A stretch of 64,000 nucleotides of DNA from Flavobacterium sp. (GTDB lineage: Bacteria; Bacteroidota; Bacteroidia; Flavobacteriales; Flavobacteriaceae): NCBI RefSeq assembly GCF_041392085.1, contig NZ_JAWKMW010000006.1:154714-218713 (forward strand), written 5' to 3'. Below the pieces are notes generated by a model. That model was given only the letters and a program-made list of their open reading frames with translations. It did not search any database and was not told the DNA's origin. Of this stretch, positions 38,218-47,136 are shown one piece after another. Made by a program: the position numbers and the translations under genes. Positions within the stretch are counted from its first letter, which is position 1. Each line of letters starts with the position of its first letter.

Positions 38218-39678
38218 TTATTCAGGAATCAACCACCAAAAAGGTTTCATTTTTGCTTTGTAAAGAAAGGCGTAATGCAGTGATAGTTTTACCCAATGTC
38301 CCGCCAAACCAATGTCGCCAAATGTTTTTTTGATATCACGACCGCCCGTTTGACCATACTTTTTATAATCGGGTACAATGGGATAGGTTGTGATGCTAAC
38401 CCCACTTCCTTGTGTTAGTCCATATCCCGCAGAAGCAATACAAGCAGCTCCCATATTTCCTAATGAACCTTTGTGATGTAACGATTCTTTACCGAGTTTG
38501 ATAGAATCAATAATGTTATCGGCTACTAATTTTGCTGTAATTCCCGATGGCATTCCGGTTCTGGGTGGTGAAGGAAAAATTTCGGTTCCGTTTTTACTTT
38601 TTCTGGGTTTAGAAATGGAGTGTGGCGGAGCAAAAGCAATTCCGGGTGCAAAAATATTTTTGTAGCTTGGGTTTTGATAGGTTTCCGGCCAATCTTGAAC
38701 AGACCAATCTTCATAAGGTTTTGAAGTATAATCAGCATCAACAACCATAAAACCTTTGAATAACTTTTCGGTAATGTTTTGTCCGGTTTTGTCATACGCT
38801 TGAAATCCATGACCTGAAAATGCAGGAATCAACATCCCAAAGTCAAAGGTTTCTGTTTTAAATTCTCCTTCCAAATTTTCGTAATATACGATTCCGTCTT
38901 CCACTTTTTGAACAGCTGCTCCCAAAATCCATTTTATTCCACGGTCTTCAAAAATCATTTCTACCATATCTTTCGATTTCATGTTGAAACCGTTATATTC
39001 CATCAACATTCCATCCATCCCAAAATCGCCCAATTCATATTCGTTGGAAATCCAAGTAATATCAGCTTTATCGCGAACACCAAATTTTTGCAGTTCTTTT
39101 TCTACATTCAAAATATATTCAAAGGCAGCACCTTGACAAGTTGCTTTACCATGTCCGGTTCCGATAAGAATTTTTGCTTTTTTATTGGATTTTTTCAATT
39201 CAATAATCAGTTGATGAAGAGCTTCTGAAGCATGTTCTGCATGATCATACGTACAAACCGAATACACTTTATTGGTTCCCGGATTCAACCCTTCGGTTAA
39301 ATCAAAAGCTAATTTTGGACCGGTTGCATTGATTAAATAATCATATGTTACTTTTTCTTGTTTACCTAATTTTTCTCCAAAAACACCTTCGACTAAAATA
39401 TAGGGTTTATCCTGTGTTGCATCGCCTTCGGGATGAAAGGAAACGGCTTTGGCTTGTTTGTAACCAATTCCTTTTCTTTTGTATAAGGGTTCCAAAGGAA
39501 AGATTACTTCTTTTGATTTCATTCGTCCAATTCCCACCCAAATATTGGAGGGCACCCATTGGTAATTTCGATTGGGAGAAACTACTAAAACTTGGTGCTC
39601 TTTGGATAATTTTCTACGCAAGTGAGCTGCTGCCGTATGTCCGGCAATTCCAGCTCCTAAAACTACAATTTTTGCCAT
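38218..39678 (-). CDS. sqr: Sulfide:quinone oxidoreductase family flavoprotein
   Basis: GAGIAG; WVPSNIWVG; Cys triad SVCT, ATCQGAAFEY, AACIAS; PRTG. Confidence 0.85.
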   Translation of the reverse strand: MAKIVVLGAGIAGHTAAAHLRRKLSKEHQVLVVSPNRNYQWVPSNIWVGIGRMKSKEVIFPLEPLYKRKGIGYKQAKAVSFHPEGDATQDKPYILVEGVFGEKLGKQEKVTYDYLINATGPKLAFDLTEGLNPGTNKVYSVCTYDHAEHASEALHQLIIELKKSNKKAKILIGTGHGKATCQGAAFEYILNVEKELQKFGVRDKADITWISNEYELGDFGMDGMLMEYNGFNMKSKDMVEMIFEDRGIKWILGAAVQKVEDGIVYYENLEGEFKTETFDFGMLIPAFSGHGFQAYDKTGQNITEKLFKGFMVVDADYTSKPYEDWSVQDWPETYQNPSYKNIFAPGIAFAPPHSISKPRKSKNGTEIFPSPPRTGMPSGITAKLVADNIIDSIKLGKESLHHKGSLGNMGAACIASAGYGLTQGSGVSITTYPIVPDYKKYGQTGGRDIKKTFGDIGLAGHWVKLSLHYAFLYKAKMKPFWWLIPE

Positions 39679-39697
39679 TTTGTTTTGAAATATTGTA

Positions 39698-39741
39698 CGA
39701 AGTTAGAAGGAATTAACAGAACAAAACGCAACAATTGTTAC
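39698..39741 (-). promoter_or_regulatory. sqr promoter with GTAAC-N4-GTTAC-type box
   Basis: TAACTTCG (39705-39698), 22 nt, GCAACaattGTTAC 39728-39741. Confidence 0.62.
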
Positions 39742-39752
39742 ATAACCTAAAA

Positions 39753-40799
39753 TTAATAACTGGTGTCGTCCAATATAACTTTCCCTTTAAAAGTTCGGTA
39801 CAGAAATAGAAAATAAAAAGCCAATAAAGGAGCTCCAATTAACACAATCGTCAACATTATGCCTAGTGATTTTTGTGAAGAAGCGGCATTATAAATGGTG
39901 ATACTATATTCCGTATTCAAGGTTGAAATCAACAAGGTAGGATACAATTGAAAAGCCACCAACATCAACAGAAAAGCCATGGTGAGTGAAGAAAATAATA
40001 ATGCTTGAAAATACTTCTTTTTAGAAACCAAACGAGGTACATTGGCTACAGCCAAAAAAGCCAACAAAGGAATAATAAAAAACACCGGATTTTCTCTGAA
40101 ATTATCGGTTACACCCGGAATAAAAATTAAGGTGTAAAGTGAAGTCATGGAAAAACTGATGATGAAAAAAATCATTCCTTTACGAAGTAAAAAAGTGAGT
40201 CTGGCATGTAAACGACCTTCCGTTTTTAACAACAGGAATATTGCACCTTGGGTCATAAAAAGTGACAAAGTAGTAAAGCCAGTCATTAATGCATAAGGAG
40301 ATAAAAAAGTAAAAAAGATTCCTCCTTGATAAGCATAATTAGGTCCTATAGCAAAACCTTGTAACACATTTCCCAATACTACTCCCAATAAAAAAGCAAT
40401 TAAAGTATTGGAAATAAAATAAATATAATCCCAAGCTGTTCGCCACCATTTCATTTCCTCAGCACTTCTGAATTTGATTGCAGCCGAACGTAAAACCAAT
40501 AACACTAAAAACAACATAAACGGTATATACATGGCTGAAAGCATGGTAGCATACATCACCGGAAAACCTGCAAAGAGTGCTCCTCCGCCAATGATTAACC
40601 AAACCTGATTGGCATCCCAAAGGGGGCCAATGGCATTAATGGCAATGCGACGACTTTCATCTTTTCTAAAAAACAAATGCCAAGCACCTGCACCATAATC
40701 AAAGCCCTCTAAAATAGCATAACCGGAGAACAACAAACCAACCACTAAATACCACAAAGTTGGGTAATCAATTCCTAAAAAAGTATCCATGTTTTCCAT
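39753..40799 (-). CDS. cydB: Cytochrome bd ubiquinol oxidase subunit II
   Basis: EGFDYGAG, IGPLWDANQVWL, GGALFAGFP, TIYNAASS. Confidence 0.95.
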   Translation of the reverse strand: MENMDTFLGIDYPTLWYLVVGLLFSGYAILEGFDYGAGAWHLFFRKDESRRIAINAIGPLWDANQVWLIIGGGALFAGFPVMYATMLSAMYIPFMLFLVLLVLRSAAIKFRSAEEMKWWRTAWDYIYFISNTLIAFLLGVVLGNVLQGFAIGPNYAYQGGIFFTFLSPYALMTGFTTLSLFMTQGAIFLLLKTEGRLHARLTFLLRKGMIFFIISFSMTSLYTLIFIPGVTDNFRENPVFFIIPLLAFLAVANVPRLVSKKKYFQALLFSSLTMAFLLMLVAFQLYPTLLISTLNTEYSITIYNAASSQKSLGIMLTIVLIGAPLLAFYFLFLYRTFKGKVILDDTSY

Positions 40800-42148
40800 T
40801 AGTATATTGAATTTAAGTTAGCTTCTTGCTCATTAAAAGGGCCGTGTTTGATTTTTTTGTTCAGTGAATACAAAAACAATAAAAACAAAAGCGTATAAAT
40901 CACTAAGAATAAAATCAATGAAAATAAAATTTGGTTTGCCGAAACTTCCTGTGAAAATCCCTCACTTGTTCGAAGATGACCATATACAATCCAAGGTTGT
41001 CTTCCCATTTCGGCAGCAAACCAACCGGCTTGATTGGCAATTTGGGGTAATAAGACTGAAAATGAAAAAATCCACAACAACCACTTTGTTTCAAATAATT
41101 TTCCTCTCCACCATAAAAAACAAGCATAAAAAGTAAGAGCAATCAAGAACATTCCAATTGAAATCATGATGTGATAAAATTGAAAAACGGCATTTACTTG
41201 ACTTGGTTGATCTTCTTTTGGAAAAGCATTTAACCCCGTTACCGGAGCCTGAAAATCCTGATGAACCAAAAAAGACAATCCACCGGGAACTGCGATTCCT
41301 GAAACTTCTTGTTTTTTATTATCCACCCAACCTAAAAGATACAAATCTGCAGGAGAAGAAGCTTCGTAGTGTCCTTCCATTGCTGCTAATTTAGCCGGTT
41401 GATTTTTTGCTACTCCATCCGCAGAACTATGTCCGGAGAGTAACTGAGTAAATGACACAACTGTTGCTACTACTAATGCAATTTTAAATGCTTTTATAGA
41501 AATAGCTTCATAACGTCCTTTACGAAAATAATAAGCATGTACACTCAATACCATGAAAGCTCCGGCCAAAAAAGCTCCTTGCCAAACGTGAATTATCCTG
41601 TCTACGCTGGAAGGATTAAACACCATAGCCCAAAAATCGGTTACTTCTGCCCTTGCATTAAAACCATCACCAACAATATGATAACCGGCAGGTGTTTGTT
41701 GCCAACTGTTGGCCACGACAATCCAAACAGCAGAAAACATAGAACCCAGAAAAACACCAATGGTTGAAATAAAGTGAACTTTGGGTGAAACGCGATTCCA
41801 TCCAAAAATTAGTATTCCTAAAAAAGTACTTTCCAAACCAAAAGCAAATAATCCTTCTGCAGCGAGTGCACTTCCAAAAATATCCCCTACATATCGGGAA
41901 TAAACGGCCCAATTGGTACCAAATTCAAATTCCATGATGATTCCTGTTGCTACTCCAATTCCAAATGTAATAGCAAATATTTTGAGCCAAAAACGGGTTA
42001 ATACTTCGTATTCTTTATTTCCGGTTTTGAGGTAAAGTCCTTCAAAAATTACCATCAATAAACCTAATCCAATACTCAATGGTGGATAAATATAATGAAA
42101 GGCTACCGTGAAGGCAAATTGTATTCGAGCTAATATTTCAACATCCAT
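40799..42148 (-). CDS. cydA: Cytochrome bd ubiquinol oxidase subunit I
   Basis: ARIQFAFTVAFH, FEFGTNW, QPAKLAAMEG, AEMGRQPW. Likely start ATG 42148. Confidence 0.96.
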   Translation of the reverse strand: MDVEILARIQFAFTVAFHYIYPPLSIGLGLLMVIFEGLYLKTGNKEYEVLTRFWLKIFAITFGIGVATGIIMEFEFGTNWAVYSRYVGDIFGSALAAEGLFAFGLESTFLGILIFGWNRVSPKVHFISTIGVFLGSMFSAVWIVVANSWQQTPAGYHIVGDGFNARAEVTDFWAMVFNPSSVDRIIHVWQGAFLAGAFMVLSVHAYYFRKGRYEAISIKAFKIALVVATVVSFTQLLSGHSSADGVAKNQPAKLAAMEGHYEASSPADLYLLGWVDNKKQEVSGIAVPGGLSFLVHQDFQAPVTGLNAFPKEDQPSQVNAVFQFYHIMISIGMFLIALTFYACFLWWRGKLFETKWLLWIFSFSVLLPQIANQAGWFAAEMGRQPWIVYGHLRTSEGFSQEVSANQILFSLILFLVIYTLLFLLFLYSLNKKIKHGPFNEQEANLNSIY

Positions 42149-42159
42149 AATTTTGTGTT

Positions 42160-42462
42160 TTAAGGTTCTATTTCCAGCATTTTTTTGATGATTTCTTCTT
42201 TTGAAAGTACTTCTCTGGTTTTCCAAATCAACTTACCGTTTGCAAAAAGTGCCAATAAAGGTAAAGAATCAATTTGAAGTTGGTTTATTTTTAAAAGCAG
42301 TTGGTTTATTTCAAAAGTATGGATTTCAACTCGCTTTCCAATGGAATTTTTAACCTGTTGTAAGGTTGGTTCTATCATTTCACAAGGGTCACAAGATGAA
42401 GTTTTAAAATTGATTAAGATCAATTCATTATTTTGAATGACAGTATTTATCTCGTGACTCAT
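42160..42462 (-). CDS. Thioredoxin-like protein (CDPC)
   Basis: LINFKTSSCDPC, cis-Pro region IDSLP, FANGK; lacks the usual Trp before CxxC. Confidence 0.8.
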   Translation of the reverse strand: MSHEINTVIQNNELILINFKTSSCDPCEMIEPTLQQVKNSIGKRVEIHTFEINQLLLKINQLQIDSLPLLALFANGKLIWKTREVLSKEEIIKKMLEIEP

Positions 42463-42653
42463 TCTATTTTAGATTTAGGAATTTGACAACTACCCGAACT
42501 ACATGTATTGAAAACAGCTTGAAAAAGAAAAAAGGCTGCAAAGAATAAGAAAAAATATTGTTGTGAGATGATGGCGTGGTAAGTAATTCCGATAGCAACA
42601 AATAAACGAATCCATCGCATTAAATGCCAATTGGTGAAAAGTAATTTTTTCAT
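42459..42653 (-). CDS. Small two-TM protein with C-terminal CxxGxC
   Basis: WHLMRWIRL...QAVFNTCSSGSC. Confidence 0.75.
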   Translation of the reverse strand: MKKLLFTNWHLMRWIRLFVAIGITYHAIISQQYFFLFFAAFFLFQAVFNTCSSGSCQIPKSKIE

Positions 42654-42670
42654 CTTTAGATAGTTTATCG

Positions 42671-42714
42671 TAAAAGTAATTTATGGATACAATCTAAAAT
42701 GTAACTTGTATTAC
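42671..42714 (-). promoter_or_regulatory. Promoter of the cydAB operon with GTAAC-N4-GTTAC-type box
   Basis: TACTTTTA (42678-42671), 22 nt, GTAACttgtATTAC 42701-42714. Confidence 0.62.
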
Positions 42715-42757
42715 ATAACGACAACAATATTTACTAACTCTCTAATAAAATAACATT

Positions 42758-43213
42758 TTAAAGTTTTATCTTCGGAAAAAACCGCCCTACTTTACTTTGA
42801 TACTCTTTATATGAAAGGAATTTTTGAGTAAGTTGTTTTTCTTCATAGGTTGATTTTAAATAAAACCAAATCAACAACAAACCACTAATGAGCAATTTAT
42901 ACAGTGAATAGTTATAAAGTGCATATCCGAAAGCAAACATCAAAATTCCGGTGTAAATGGGATGCCGACTGTATCGAAAAAATCAGTGCGTAAGTAATTC
43001 CGCTTTTTCGATTGGCGTTGGGAAAACGGTAAGATTGGATTTTAATTCAAAAACGGTTAACAGTGCAATCATAAAACCGATAAAAGCAATCACCATTCCG
43101 AAAGTTGTTATAAATTTTGGAATTACTAATGGTTGAAAAAAATCAAACGCATAAACTCCAAAAAGAAGAAATTGAATGAAAACAAAAATGTAATCTTTAC
43201 TCGTTTTTCTCAT
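42758..43213 (-). pseudogene. Isoprenylcysteine/phospholipid methyltransferase family gene interrupted by an in-frame TGA
   Basis: ELLTH*FFRYSRHPIYTG...KSTYEEKQL: the two ORF-track pieces share a frame, and TGA (42985-42983) replaces the conserved Gly. Confidence 0.85.
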
Positions 43214-43805
43214 GTTTTGTTCCAATAAATCGAATTACAGCACCTTGTCCTTGGTGAAACGGTCCTTCTTCTAAAGTAATAATTGCTGTTTCAAGAAAGT
43301 TGAAATTAATAGATGAAAATTCATCTTTTACCTCGTCTTCAGAAAATAGCATGGCTGGTTCTTTAGGTCCGCCAGATGTAAATTGCAATTGATTTTTTTC
43401 AAAAGCTTCAAATAAAATTTTGCCATTAGGTTTGAGAAAAGAGACCAACTTTTGATGAGCTTGTTTGCGAATAAGAGACGGGAAATGGGCAAAAATAAAT
43501 ACTATCGCATCAAAACTTTCAGGTTCAAAAGGTAATTCCATCACATCAGAAACCAAATAATCAAGTTCTACATTTTGCTCTTTTGCAAGTGTTACTGCTT
43601 TATTTTTAGCTGATTCACTGTAATCAAATGCAAAAACAATACAGCCGTTTTGAGCAGCAAAAACAGCATTTCTCCCCTCACCTTCTGCCACAAATAAAAT
43701 TTTACCTGTGGGTAGTTGATGTAAATTTTCTTTTAGAAATTGATTGGGTTCTTTACCATATACAAATTCCTTTTCGGCATAGCGTTCGTTCCAAAATTGC
43801 TTCAT
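43197..43805 (-). CDS. Class I SAM-dependent methyltransferase (TehB-like)
   Basis: FWNERY, YGKEPN, AEGEGRNAVFAA, SGGP. Confidence 0.88.
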   Translation of the reverse strand: MKQFWNERYAEKEFVYGKEPNQFLKENLHQLPTGKILFVAEGEGRNAVFAAQNGCIVFAFDYSESAKNKAVTLAKEQNVELDYLVSDVMELPFEPESFDAIVFIFAHFPSLIRKQAHQKLVSFLKPNGKILFEAFEKNQLQFTSGGPKEPAMLFSEDEVKDEFSSINFNFLETAIITLEEGPFHQGQGAVIRFIGTKHEKNE

Positions 43806-44006
43806 TTAATCTTTCTTTTTGGGTGAAGTTACAAATAAATTGAATAACAAACCACCCATTAAACCACCATATAATGTACTGTTGAGCGGTTTGGAGGTGA
43901 TGGCACATGTTCCACTGACGCAACCAATTTGTTGGTAATATAAGTAGCCAGCAACTAGTCCGATTACCACTCCAATTGCAGTAATGATGATTGCTTTTTT
44001 ATTCAT
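43806..44006 (-). CDS. Small membrane protein with GCxSGTCxITS motif (DUF6132-like)
   Basis: GYLYYQQIGCVSGTCAITSKPLNSTLYG. Confidence 0.8.
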   Translation of the reverse strand: MNKKAIIITAIGVVIGLVAGYLYYQQIGCVSGTCAITSKPLNSTLYGGLMGGLLFNLFVTSPKKKD

Positions 44007-44988
44007 GTTTTTTCTTTTCAAAAGTTATACTCCAAATCCCTCTTATTTCGTTTTCAATGTATCCAACGGCTAAATCGCTAGGATATAGTTTTAGAATTTG
44101 GCGTTGAACTTCAGGTTTAATTTGTTTTCCATGGCATTGCAAACACATGGTGTTTGTTTCAATTGGGTAATAAAACTGAATTTTATCTTCTTTTTCCAAA
44201 GTAATGGGTTTGATTTCTTTTTTCTCAGCCAGTTCTTTCTTGAATTGAGCAATATATTTTAATTCCTCTGCATTAGCTTTGTTATTTGGGTTTCGATTTT
44301 TGTCGGAAACTCTTTTTATGGTAGCATTAAACTGCGTTGACATACTATCAGTCAAAGGAATCGCTTGATGGTTACAAAAGGTCAAGGCTTTCATGGTTCC
44401 CTTTTGCTGAATGGCTTCCATTAAATTTTTACCCAACACTTTTTTGGTACCCAAAGCATAATCTAAACCAATATCGGCATAGGTTTTAGTCGTCTCCATT
44501 TCTTCAAGTTTTTTACCGGATTGCGTCCAATTTTTATTGCCGTGACCTTCCCAATGAGCTTTAAACCATTCGGGTTCTTCAATTTGATAGTCATACATAA
44601 AAGCAGCTATTTTTTCAATACTACCTTCCGGGAAAACTTGTTTAGGCATGAGTCCGTGTTTTTTTACTGCACCATACATCAGGGCTTTTTCTTCTGTAGG
44701 ATGGGCTACAAACGCTTTCACATTTTCGATAAATTCGGCTTTATTATACCCTTCTCTATCAATATATCTGGCTTTGATGGCCACCATCGGCGGTGCAATT
44801 CTACCTTGATTTTCATCAGCTGTTGGACTATGGCATAGATAACAATGGGTTTCCATTAATTTTTTCGCTTCAAGTGGGTCAAAATTGGACGTGATAGCAT
44901 TTTGTTCCTCTACTTTTTGATATTCTTTTTTACCATTTTGGCAACTTGTCAAAAATAATATAGTGATTAGGAAACTTATAATTTTCAT
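43999..44988 (-). CDS. Diheme cytochrome c lipoprotein with Tll0287-like (DUF3365) domain
   Basis: Lipobox LTSC; CYLCH...APPM...LMP; ALTFCN, RVSDKNRNPNN, CLQCHG, YPSDLAVGY...RGIWS. Start ATG 44988 fits the promoter. Confidence 0.85.
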   Translation of the reverse strand: MKIISFLITILFLTSCQNGKKEYQKVEEQNAITSNFDPLEAKKLMETHCYLCHSPTADENQGRIAPPMVAIKARYIDREGYNKAEFIENVKAFVAHPTEEKALMYGAVKKHGLMPKQVFPEGSIEKIAAFMYDYQIEEPEWFKAHWEGHGNKNWTQSGKKLEEMETTKTYADIGLDYALGTKKVLGKNLMEAIQQKGTMKALTFCNHQAIPLTDSMSTQFNATIKRVSDKNRNPNNKANAEELKYIAQFKKELAEKKEIKPITLEKEDKIQFYYPIETNTMCLQCHGKQIKPEVQRQILKLYPSDLAVGYIENEIRGIWSITFEKKKHE

Positions 44989-45006
44989 GAGATATGATAT
45001 TTTTTT

Positions 45007-45167
45007 CAAAAATAAACAATCATTGTAACCAAAGTTGTAACGTTTGTTACAGAAGAACTTTAATTACAATTAAATAACAATAATCTATCGTTTAAAAAAA
45101 ATAATAGAAAAATATTATTATGTGAAACTTTTGTTACAATTCAGTTGGAATAAACAGACGAAATTTG
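45007..45167. promoter_or_regulatory. Divergent promoters each with a GTAAC-N4-GTTAC-type box
   Basis: TATTTTTG (45014-45007), 22 nt, GTAACgtttGTTAC 45037-45050; GAAACttttGTTAC 45124-45137, 22 nt, GAAATTTG 45160-45167. Confidence 0.7.
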
Positions 45168-45203
45168 TCTCATAAAAAAATATTAATTTATAAAAAACAT
45201 AAA

Positions 45204-45905
45204 ATGGAAAATCAAGTATTTATACCAAGAATTGGTGAACAAGCACCTGAATTTACTGCAATTTCAACACAAGGAACCATCAACTTTCCAAAAGACTATG
45301 AAGGAAAATGGGTTATCTTTTTTAGTCATCCGGCTGATTTTACACCGGTATGTACTTCTGAGTTCATGACTTTTGCCAGTATGGAAAAACAATTTCAAGA
45401 AGCAAATTGTGAATTATTAGGACTTTCAGTTGATGGATTATATAGCCATATAGCATGGTTAAGAACCATAAAAGAAAAAATTGAGTACAAAGGAATGAAA
45501 GACATTGAAGTAAAATTCCCTTTGATTGAAGATATCACGATGGAAGTTTCCAAAAAATACGGTATGATCATGGAAGGAGAAAGCAATACCAAAGCGGTAA
45601 GAGCAGTATTTTTTGTAGATCCAAAAGGAACTATCCGTACTATTTTATATTATCCATTAAGCATAGGACGAAATTTTGATGAAATTTACAGAGCTTTGAT
45701 TGCGTTGCAAACCGCAGATGCTTTTGATATTGCATGTCCTGCAGATTGGATACCGGGTGATGATGTTATTGTACCCACTGCAGGGTCATGCGGAGTAGCC
45801 AAAGAACGCATGGATGATACTGAAAACTTAGATTGTAAAGATTGGTTTTTCTGTACCAAAAAATTAGACAAAGATTTAGTATTAAATACCGTTTTAAAAA
45901 AATAA
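45204..45905 (+). CDS. Peroxiredoxin (Prx6 subfamily)
   Basis: FSHPADFTPVCTSE, GRNFDEI, PADW, C-terminal DWFFC. Likely start ATG 45204. Confidence 0.93.
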   Translation: MENQVFIPRIGEQAPEFTAISTQGTINFPKDYEGKWVIFFSHPADFTPVCTSEFMTFASMEKQFQEANCELLGLSVDGLYSHIAWLRTIKEKIEYKGMKDIEVKFPLIEDITMEVSKKYGMIMEGESNTKAVRAVFFVDPKGTIRTILYYPLSIGRNFDEIYRALIALQTADAFDIACPADWIPGDDVIVPTAGSCGVAKERMDDTENLDCKDWFFCTKKLDKDLVLNTVLKK

Positions 45906-45928
45906 AATCAAGGTAAGCAAATGTGAAG

Positions 45929-45957
45929 AAGCCGTTCTGAAAAGGACGGTTTTTTTT
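45929..45957 (+). terminator. Intrinsic terminator
   Basis: aagccgttct-gaaa-aggacggttttttt. Confidence 0.8.
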
Positions 45958-45990
45958 ATTAAAAAAAAATTTCTAAAATTTATTGAAAAA

Positions 45991-46959
45991 TTAGAATCCT
46001 AGAATTTTATCCATTAGCCAATTAGTGTGAGCGGCCGATTTTCCGAGAGAAGGATGAACAGAAACTCCTAAAAGATGGTCTCGCATGTTTTGAACATGAT
46101 GGAGTTGAATGTTTTCGGGATGATTAATAAACAATTCTTTTGAACCATCTTGATTCGTCAACTGAATCGGTAGCTCTTCAAAAACAGCAAATCCAATTTT
46201 GCCTTTACTACCGATAATTTCTACTTTATCATTACGTTCAAAACTGCCAAAATTCCATGTTCCCGAACCCGTTACACCTGATTTATGCAGCCAATTGGCA
46301 ACAATGGCATCTTTCGCAGAATAAAGATTTTGCTGGTTAAGACTAATTCCTTGGACTGAAGTAATTTCTCCAAAATAATGTACTAACAAATCGAGACCGT
46401 GACTGGCTAAATCTTCAAAATAACCTCCGGGTGCAATTGTCGAGTCGGTTCTCCAATTATATGTTTGTGCTAAATCAACCGGAGAGGGATTTTTACTTAA
46501 AAACCAACTAACATGACGAATTTCACCGATTTCATTTGAATCTAACCATTCTTTTATTTGATTGAATCGTGGTAATGACCTTCTGTAATAAGCTACGAAT
46601 AAAGGTAATTTCTTTTCTTCAAAAGCATTGAGAATTTCTACGCACTCGTGATAATTTAAAGCCATTGGTTTTTCAATACAACAGGGCTTTCCGGCTTGAG
46701 CTACCTTTAATGCATAGAATTTATGTGAATCAGGAGGAGTAGCTATATACACCGCATCAATTTCTGGGTGATTAATCAATTCATCAGCATCTGTAAAATA
46801 GTGAGGTATTTTGTGCCGAAAAGCATAATCTTTTACTTTTTCAATATTTCTTCGCATGACGGCATGTAATTCAAATCCGTTTGTTTTTGAATAGGCTGGC
46901 CCACTTTTGCTTTCTGTTACATTACCACAACCAATAATACCCCATCTAATTGATTCCAT
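45991..46959 (-). CDS. Gfo/Idh/MocA family oxidoreductase
   Basis: WGIIGCG, VYIATPP, IEKPMA, DLASHGLD. Confidence 0.92.
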   Translation of the reverse strand: MESIRWGIIGCGNVTESKSGPAYSKTNGFELHAVMRRNIEKVKDYAFRHKIPHYFTDADELINHPEIDAVYIATPPDSHKFYALKVAQAGKPCCIEKPMALNYHECVEILNAFEEKKLPLFVAYYRRSLPRFNQIKEWLDSNEIGEIRHVSWFLSKNPSPVDLAQTYNWRTDSTIAPGGYFEDLASHGLDLLVHYFGEITSVQGISLNQQNLYSAKDAIVANWLHKSGVTGSGTWNFGSFERNDKVEIIGSKGKIGFAVFEELPIQLTNQDGSKELFINHPENIQLHHVQNMRDHLLGVSVHPSLGKSAAHTNWLMDKILGF

Positions 46960-47136
46960 GTTTTATTTAAATAATTTTTGAATTAAAAAAAGTTTTGATA
47001 AAAATAAGAGAATACCATCAAAGTATTGTAAATAAATAAAAAATATAATTTTTATATAAGTCAAAAATAAGTTAATCCATACAAGTTTTATATGTTTTTT
47101 GAATACTTTTGCAATCAAAATAAATAATCATAAAAA

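Noticed and set aside
42983-42985. Selenocysteine or recoded TGA
   Set aside because: The position is a conserved Gly, not Cys; no SECIS-like hairpin is evident; TGA ends other genes in the window.
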